From a candidate division FCPU426 bacterium (GTDB lineage Bacteria > Oederibacteriota > JAAXVQ01 > JAUVAV01), in NCBI GenBank assembly GCA_040756875.1, contig JBFLYH010000005.1, forward strand, positions 1-17,895: a stretch of DNA of 17,895 bases, read 5' to 3'. The notes below the pieces were generated by a model, which was given only the letters and a program-made list of their open reading frames with translations, had not been told where the DNA came from and ran no database searches. A program made the position numbers and the translations under genes. Position 1 is the stretch's first letter. Each line of letters begins with the position of its first letter. This document shows positions 16,801-17,895 of this stretch, piece after piece.

Positions 16801-17894
16801 GCCACGGCCTGAGCCAGCAGGCGCAGAAAATATTGGACCAGCTCTGCGAGTCGCGGGGGATCAAGGACAACGCAGCCCGGGAAGCGTTGGCCAGGGAACT
16901 GGGCCTCGCGCCCGAAGGCAAGGCTGCTGAATCCGGGGCGATGCAGGCACTCAAGGAACAAGTGTTTGGCAGCCGGAAAGCTTCTGACCCGCGGTACTCA
17001 GCCGATGCCCTGGATGCGCTGCGGAGCCTGGGAGCGGATCTCAAGGAAGGGACGTCCTTTGACACTGCCCTCCGCCGGAGCGGCAGCCGGGTGGAGCAGG
17101 CCTTCCGCCAGCTGGAGCAAGGAGCGGGGAAAGCCGCGGTCGAACAATTGGTCGAACGCATGACCGCGGAACAACTCAGGGAAGTGCTGACCTCCTCCAA
17201 TCCCCTGGACACCCTGAAAAACCTGCTTTCCCGCCAGCAGGCGGGAAATGAAACACAGGGGCAGGCGCCTGCTTTCAGCGAACAGCTGGCTAAAGCTCCC
17301 GGTCAAGCCGAAGCCCTGCTGCAGCGCATGCAGCAGGTGCAGGAAGCCGGGGCAGCGATGCGGCAGGCAGTGGATAAAGTGAACCAGGCCCGGACGTACG
17401 CAGAGCGGCAGGCTGCGCAGAAACAGCTGGCGCGGGCCGAGCAACGATTGACACAGATGGAGCGGCTGGCGGGCATCAAGCCCGAGGCCGGGCGGAGGAT
17501 CCCCTTCACGTCCGAATGGCGGGCCAGCCGGCAGGCAGGGCAGGAGTCAGCGAACACGCAGCGGACGACGTATCTCAAACAGCAGCTCAACGCCGTGGAC
17601 AACATGAGGAACCTGAGTCCCACCGAGCGAGCGACGCTGCGGGAGTTGATCCAGAACGAACTGCAGATCCTCAAGCTCCAGGGCAAACAGGAAGGCTGGC
17701 TGGCGCGGCGGTTCGAGAGCTTCCGGAACCGGAATGCCTCGCAAATGACGTCATTGTACAAGGCGCGAACGCAGCTCGTGGAAGCGCTGACGACCCGGAC
17801 GGAGAACGGGGAGAAGGTCTACAGCAACGAAACCGTGATGAAACTGCTGGCAGCCGAAGGCGTGTCTCGGGGCATGATGGAGACGGCCGCGGTG
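4743..17894 (+). CDS. Giant exported YD/RHS-repeat and DUF4214-like-repeat protein with two hydrophobic blocks, a 54-aa tandem repeat array and a coiled coil (at least 4,384 aa, 3' partial)
   Basis: Manual translation from ATG 4743 (MGERISRLQRLLQRGWRRYKKPLQSSVSLLTSLCFLITSLGLPQPLWA...) stays in one frame to the window end (...GVSRGMMETAAV). The track lists no + strand ORF in this frame after 4743, consistent with no internal stop. Promoter, RBS, signal peptide and GC-rich third positions all support it. Confidence 0.95.
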   Translation, partial: MGERISRLQRLLQRGWRRYKKPLQSSVSLLTSLCFLITSLGLPQPLWASENSYQFNYDGSSLKPAVVQVNVPQVDLPDLSTLVQAVQPNVKIDASHISDFQVGGIKLEGSLSQIINLVQPKIEVNPQIELPEVSSAINEVVTSGLEDVAVEASVAAKVPLQDLSTVSTMQIPEPGLVKTEQLENDVAEPTEKKVVDVQKLKEQVGSLPGLIAAYLGGAGPNPFEDGDEFDAEDVKLKVNEIAEALSAVGSDPAKVAQIIGSLNPEVQNQVAEKVSSKTLGPALATMDPAAATAIISGLSPEKQAEVAQYVSGSGKLPETTIPDTDIKARSTQVPASGYDPASNTYTENKTQANGTVLSTTYAGQDNSGQVTAASVCSANGAQQESWTYSSTGAEHTVRKDFSNGAYMIYHQNECGHIISWESYNTQGQLATTGTEKRQNASGTDPTLQTGGTGTAQDGTRTWGPTTAQIQADIAAGKTSATYADGSYARFTRNADGTTTVQLRGYVQSSTPNEDYGGWSQYSYNYQSITQTYNTKNQLVSETDGVNTSHFSYDAQGRMTSREVSGPGTHLRYTYDPATERLTKFENLIAGTSMSYSYDSLGRITSCKDQNGVVHNVALPPSTSADCQYVFDKDGRVVSATSGGNTYTYDEQGRVTSILRADGAQITVTDWDDKGRAVKGTFTGGEADGLMWESGGLNQKNSQLSGSGTIMFKYNEQGLLAGEAIVHSGGKELEWNYYSYNENGELYEKMTLNQDNEVTRTYYRNGREIGSIDKDGNLSAAAGATQEDLKYLIGIYAYQMLGREAGAEEVDAWLNLANQKGIKAVSDTIKNSDEYVQNTIQSTYKSLLGRECSAEEMQVHMDNVHKNGFDAKAFRSDIEKSPEFLNGPGFANKMTDLYQRYWRRAPTTEEVEYWRTSIANGGTSLDKLEKQFMESPQYKSDPASDWAMRDIAAKYMGVENATMEDFKNWGWVDANGNAQTINSIVNFIKSSEQYVWRVLEDCNNKQIDPVHYVKPKKSGGLFGAIIKAIIQVVVTVVLTYVMGPLGTILAGAIFGAINAAQNGGNIFKGMVMGAAMAAATMVFSAVANAVMSAAQAAFTTGANFAATFASNLAKSFDSFVSSLKAIGEGLQNMAGMVRDIISKSLTKIGSVIMNETGLAQKLGVVGTALVMLGVSALANGLAEGAVNKLGLNVDAAGNVVSTSFSDGFKSGFMSSLEGGMAGQFESSSTAIIANVARTAISAAVEDKVQSSTGNPFLAAFASSLSGALVTGLVGMVADLGASSAKGRTDLATPGGNSDTQTSPVPGQGIVGPAGTGLEEGGATGLAGGENKQNANAALSSAEQTSSSSSSQETSQQQEIADLPTKEQPGGSSLTQAQDAQRLAKGENPLAAEKKQALATGAESFGAGENAQSSGQDSYVQPGSEPKSESSVKDLSSGNQAKGVADQSQQAASGATSATTAEKAEGLQNKSQESASSQSQTGTTPRSANLPLADTPRSEAPEGNYGEQPQSAEPSQVPKDLETGLQGNAAAAQEKMEEKLPAVQADEAEKAKPEKGVENALPGEQTGGKIMRRDGEVPMDKTVEGGSGAQGGGAGEGGEGSKGGQGQKEQAQTEKTDQKTEGTSLQDFGRSLFGTSISKMVTESLASGIQAAFERAAVKMYVNQVFNVKAMAEEQGVSEGEMRAQLEETISQAWSSHTGSDVNLTRAWQNLKNAMTYGTQQYYDAQGRKVIETNTFGDKTYQYGNGQIGYEPKGTDLRMIVDPAGSMQMIDLKTGQPLSQLPENLEAVTQGLKQMAASYAQTGQMDWAAGTNLALYQLTQDQQYLQQAASQVAQAADSAYHNPNLAAGNAQMLAKAGLIEPAALAARQALYNADSLTAGQEAQVKLSAATVLAASGQAGAQVAQALSDVKQYLNGLEGRQLTGEALSLAAKYDALARQTSAADAAKTPTVMDAMVRQLAPAVNAAAAGLEVGGKTAMPGLENSVIERTETGCVLTQQGNDGSRVSIAFDPGLAASRVEVSNAAGQLQQSYQAQPCGMELTMQRELVKVELPGGREKYVDALVPAERKGAVQTLAKIDGQTYVLTVGQDNQAEAKPAHEAPADRTFADANLPRGKLEFRGDSLTFTPEGGQAQTAQGRVIQDAAEVKALGLIAVEAEALVGKTAYTLDMPGQNPVTFIGSAAEIAAGNYYVTSASQALAASSGQENPVTYLAQYRNGVLGTVHVQDSFHTAIDYQSADLAKFTVTQTSEDGQRVASLKYDDHTLQGYEVEYKAFGVTLQYDARGNLTAENLQHLQKNSGQGYTFKANGQGFSLVDNATGFEQFFSGQGRALLNTGQGGGGGIQEVVEFDVRETVSFEVAKYEQGRLGSQTVRYDQIRREHALLQGSAGGVVTKTLITSDVSGTVNSRQVENGNLLQRETGTFNAAGELDHGTRHLVARLLEGKDEAGNLVRRENVTSDERLISGKVAESTMHVDAVTVSNTQGVQIQHMTDMNYKNGEVVSAATLEAGRQYMTGVAYKNGKLDYAATMTIANEDGKTATKMEAVTFNEDGTLKAADRYEAGVQTMTGVKFGAENRLEYAKTLAIAGEKGKPVTKMQGVTFNADGTLKAADRYEAGTQTMTGVRFGAENRVEYAKTLAMAGEKGKPTTKMEGVTFNADGTLKAADRYEAGAQTMTGVKFGAENRLEYAKTLTIAGEKGKTATKMQGVTFNADGTLKAADRYEAGAQTMTGVKFGAENRLEYAKTLTIADEKGKTATKMQGVAFNADGTLKAADRYEAGSQTMTGVKFGAENRLEYAKTLTIAGEKGKPATEMQGVTFRPDGKIARADRIEETIARQDVKNSEGRVVGEERGIHRVLTNAQFDEKGNLVSATQKVRIDLRTEFNAEKGLTIESRNIRSEARIDAGRVVESRTEVASVRTLNAHGKVVQEQFNPFETQFEVKVGGKNVVVQTTQTKEGSQVTLNGDKAHAIALGTGVQVTTDGKSLYLQDDRGVIRRFTAEGKETTGWFRERANNWHEFTDKAGTAWNTYAGRLVKLDNWVNSSSGVGQAAWRGFVRELGGVASLVAFGASTLLDAGLTLAAQTVGAVIGPTLEWSINVFAYPAAIAVYVATGKSLGRVMLDAAKDGIAAVFAPLDAKIQAAQGWLLDKAEAALSKAEMSDSVVGTAFWGAAAAGLKVLGENLPIVIILSLNALPYVGTALSSVLGTVLLAKDAVLHGLGHMFQSFFITPFNNISAGLFQMADALFNPQASAMSQTRQMVNAAAAIGNGLVGLVLAKQMLREPSAEAKGEKLETGLRPLKESLQARLLEAGPEGLGGVLKLKLSELVSSALKLPEGLLNKTSWGKLTLEDAAFNLGGNRVSIRELLTNKTAFPDGAVQVMKLLTAPEFRLSSLEFASAGPKAPFLQRQVAARLERAMDKALGREPQAGAGSAYKPLTQIIKPGQVGLAFSFTGTLPAMRVFGTAFIQHQVQQFVTAGRMIAGLGRWVGNAEFMQPITDRISTLIQGMQTWAARAWDSAAMRLFYPEPLRAAGPGVAQALRSGSWREAGSQAAGAFKQVGVGLKQAVADLPQALRSRSEAVLKPAERAVARENGALARTGMAESPADRPLKTESPAGQRNETGGLASQQRSEPAAKTSGTKGEAVAAAKPEAVNAKPESKSGAAGRTESAELAKARSEVEHFQKELTQARLSLAEARQADRPQAEINRLEQRVEKTEGALQRAQKQAFDQKVLDLQAQKQQAAGTDAGQGRSPLERAKARMEEAALDGEIRMTELESRASALAHEIRGLEIRAATEPSVKARLENLKNELEGLRNEQARQQQWQEASLQAGQAQVRRLELGTQLGEARAAQTEAAATPEARKAAELKARRIEKEMRQVELEQQAAEAGQRVLEFQAELARAQTTRDFTRALDKLTGAERALAQTQFKLAQAERQTERAGRAESKAAVPEMLRQAAADSKSGLGSREMRQGVEAVAKEQSPGNKRVRDAVTKAIAELINGKAADPAEALRVLERGTGSLQQVLESMARHGLSQQAQKILDQLCESRGIKDNAAREALARELGLAPEGKAAESGAMQALKEQVFGSRKASDPRYSADALDALRSLGADLKEGTSFDTALRRSGSRVEQAFRQLEQGAGKAAVEQLVERMTAEQLREVLTSSNPLDTLKNLLSRQQAGNETQGQAPAFSEQLAKAPGQAEALLQRMQQVQEAGAAMRQAVDKVNQARTYAERQAAQKQLARAEQRLTQMERLAGIKPEAGRRIPFTSEWRASRQAGQESANTQRTTYLKQQLNAVDNMRNLSPTERATLRELIQNELQILKLQGKQEGWLARRFESFRNRNASQMTSLYKARTQLVEALTTRTENGEKVYSNETVMKLLAAEGVSRGMMETAAV
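5493..5672 (+). repeat. MgtE N-terminal/FliG-like 12-aa helical repeats
   Basis: DPAKVAQIIGSL / NPEVQNQVAEKV / SSKTLGPALATM / DPAAATAIISGL / SPEKQAEVAQYV are five units with exact 12-residue periodicity. Confidence 0.55.
5750..7075 (+). repeat. YD/RHS-like beta-hairpin repeat region
   Basis: YDAQGR (6396), YDPATERL (6462), YDSLGRITS (6531), FDKDGRVVS (6630), YDEQGRVTS (6684), WDDKGR, YNEQGLL (6879) and YNENGEL (6957), plus looser copies upstream (YNTQGQL, YNTKNQL). Confidence 0.8.
7110..7721 (+). repeat. Four DUF4214-like helical repeats
   Basis: AYQMLGREAGAEEVDAW...IKNSDEY; YKSLLGRECSAEEMQVH...IEKSPEF; LYQRYWRRAPTTEEVEYW...FMESPQY; AAKYMGVENATMEDFKNW...IKSSEQY. These match the Y-x-x-x-L-G-R-x-P...W...S-x-E-F/Y pattern of DUF4214. 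Confidence 0.7.
7785..8580 (+). other. Gly/Ala-rich hydrophobic hairpin block 1 (putative membrane-insertion region)
   Basis: KKSGGLFGAIIKAIIQVVVTVVLTYVMGPLGTILAGAIFGAINAAQNGGNIFKGMVMGAAMAAATMVF..., then GVVGTALVMLGVSALANGL and NPFLAAFASSLSGALVTGLVGMV. GxxxG/GxxxA zippers are present. Confidence 0.65.
8592..9605 (+). other. Low-complexity S/Q/E/G/A-rich, probably disordered linker (about 340 aa)
   Basis: Examples are EQTSSSSSSQETSQQQE, QESASSQSQTGTT and EGGSGAQGGGAGEGGEGSKGGQGQKEQ. Very few aromatic residues. Confidence 0.75.
12348..13214 (+). repeat. In-frame tandem array of 162-bp (54-aa) units: 5 full copies plus a partial sixth, with a degenerate copy upstream from about 12198
   Basis: The anchor GACCGCTACGAAGCAGGC recurs at 12399, 12561, 12723, 12885 and 13047, and diverged (GACCGGATAGAG) at 13209, so the period is exactly 162. 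Consensus: TKMQGVTFNADGTLKAADRYEAGxQTMTGVKFGAENRLEYAKTLTIAGEKGKxx. Confidence 0.97.
13872..14552 (+). other. Hydrophobic block 2 (multiple putative TM/amphipathic helices)
   Basis: LGGVASLVAFGASTLL, VFAYPAAIAVYVATG, VVGTAFWGAAAAGL, LPIVIILSLNALPYVGTALSSVLGTVLLA and AIGNGLVGLVLA. Confidence 0.65.
15729..16535 (+). other. Long predicted coiled-coil region
   Basis: E/Q/A/R/K/L-rich heptad-like runs: AELAKARSEVEHFQKELTQARLSLAEARQ, EINRLEQRVEKTEGALQRAQKQ, KARLENLKNELEGLRNEQARQQQ and AERALAQTQFKLAQAERQTE. Confidence 0.7.
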
Positions 17895-17895
17895 A

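Noticed and set aside
17893-17895. Terminal TGA as the stop codon of the second giant gene
   Set aside because: It is out of frame. The coding frame reads GCG GTG A at 17889-17895, so the gene continues beyond the window.

Overview
This GC-rich bacterial window holds two same-strand giant genes separated by a 415-bp AT-rich spacer. (1) <2..4327 is the 3' end (at least 1,441 aa, open at the left edge) of a giant membrane-associated protein. It has degenerate SF2-helicase-like motifs V/VI, an apparently catalytically dead zincin-like segment and several hydrophobic hairpins, and is followed by an intrinsic terminator. (2) 4743..>17894 is a single uninterrupted frame of at least 4,384 codons. 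It is missing from the supplied ORF track because it has no stop codon in the window. It sits behind a near-consensus sigma70 promoter and a strong RBS. It encodes, in order: a long Sec-type signal peptide, MgtE-N-like helical repeats, YD/RHS-like repeats, four DUF4214-like repeats, a Gly/Ala hydrophobic hairpin block, a disordered linker, a beta-rich region with a 162-bp (54-aa) tandem array, a second hydrophobic block and a long coiled coil. My inference is a locus of giant exported, surface-anchored proteins with membrane-insertion modules (adhesion, contact-dependent delivery or predation). All domain calls come from motif recognition by eye; no database searches were run. The other ORFs in the track look like shadow ORFs.
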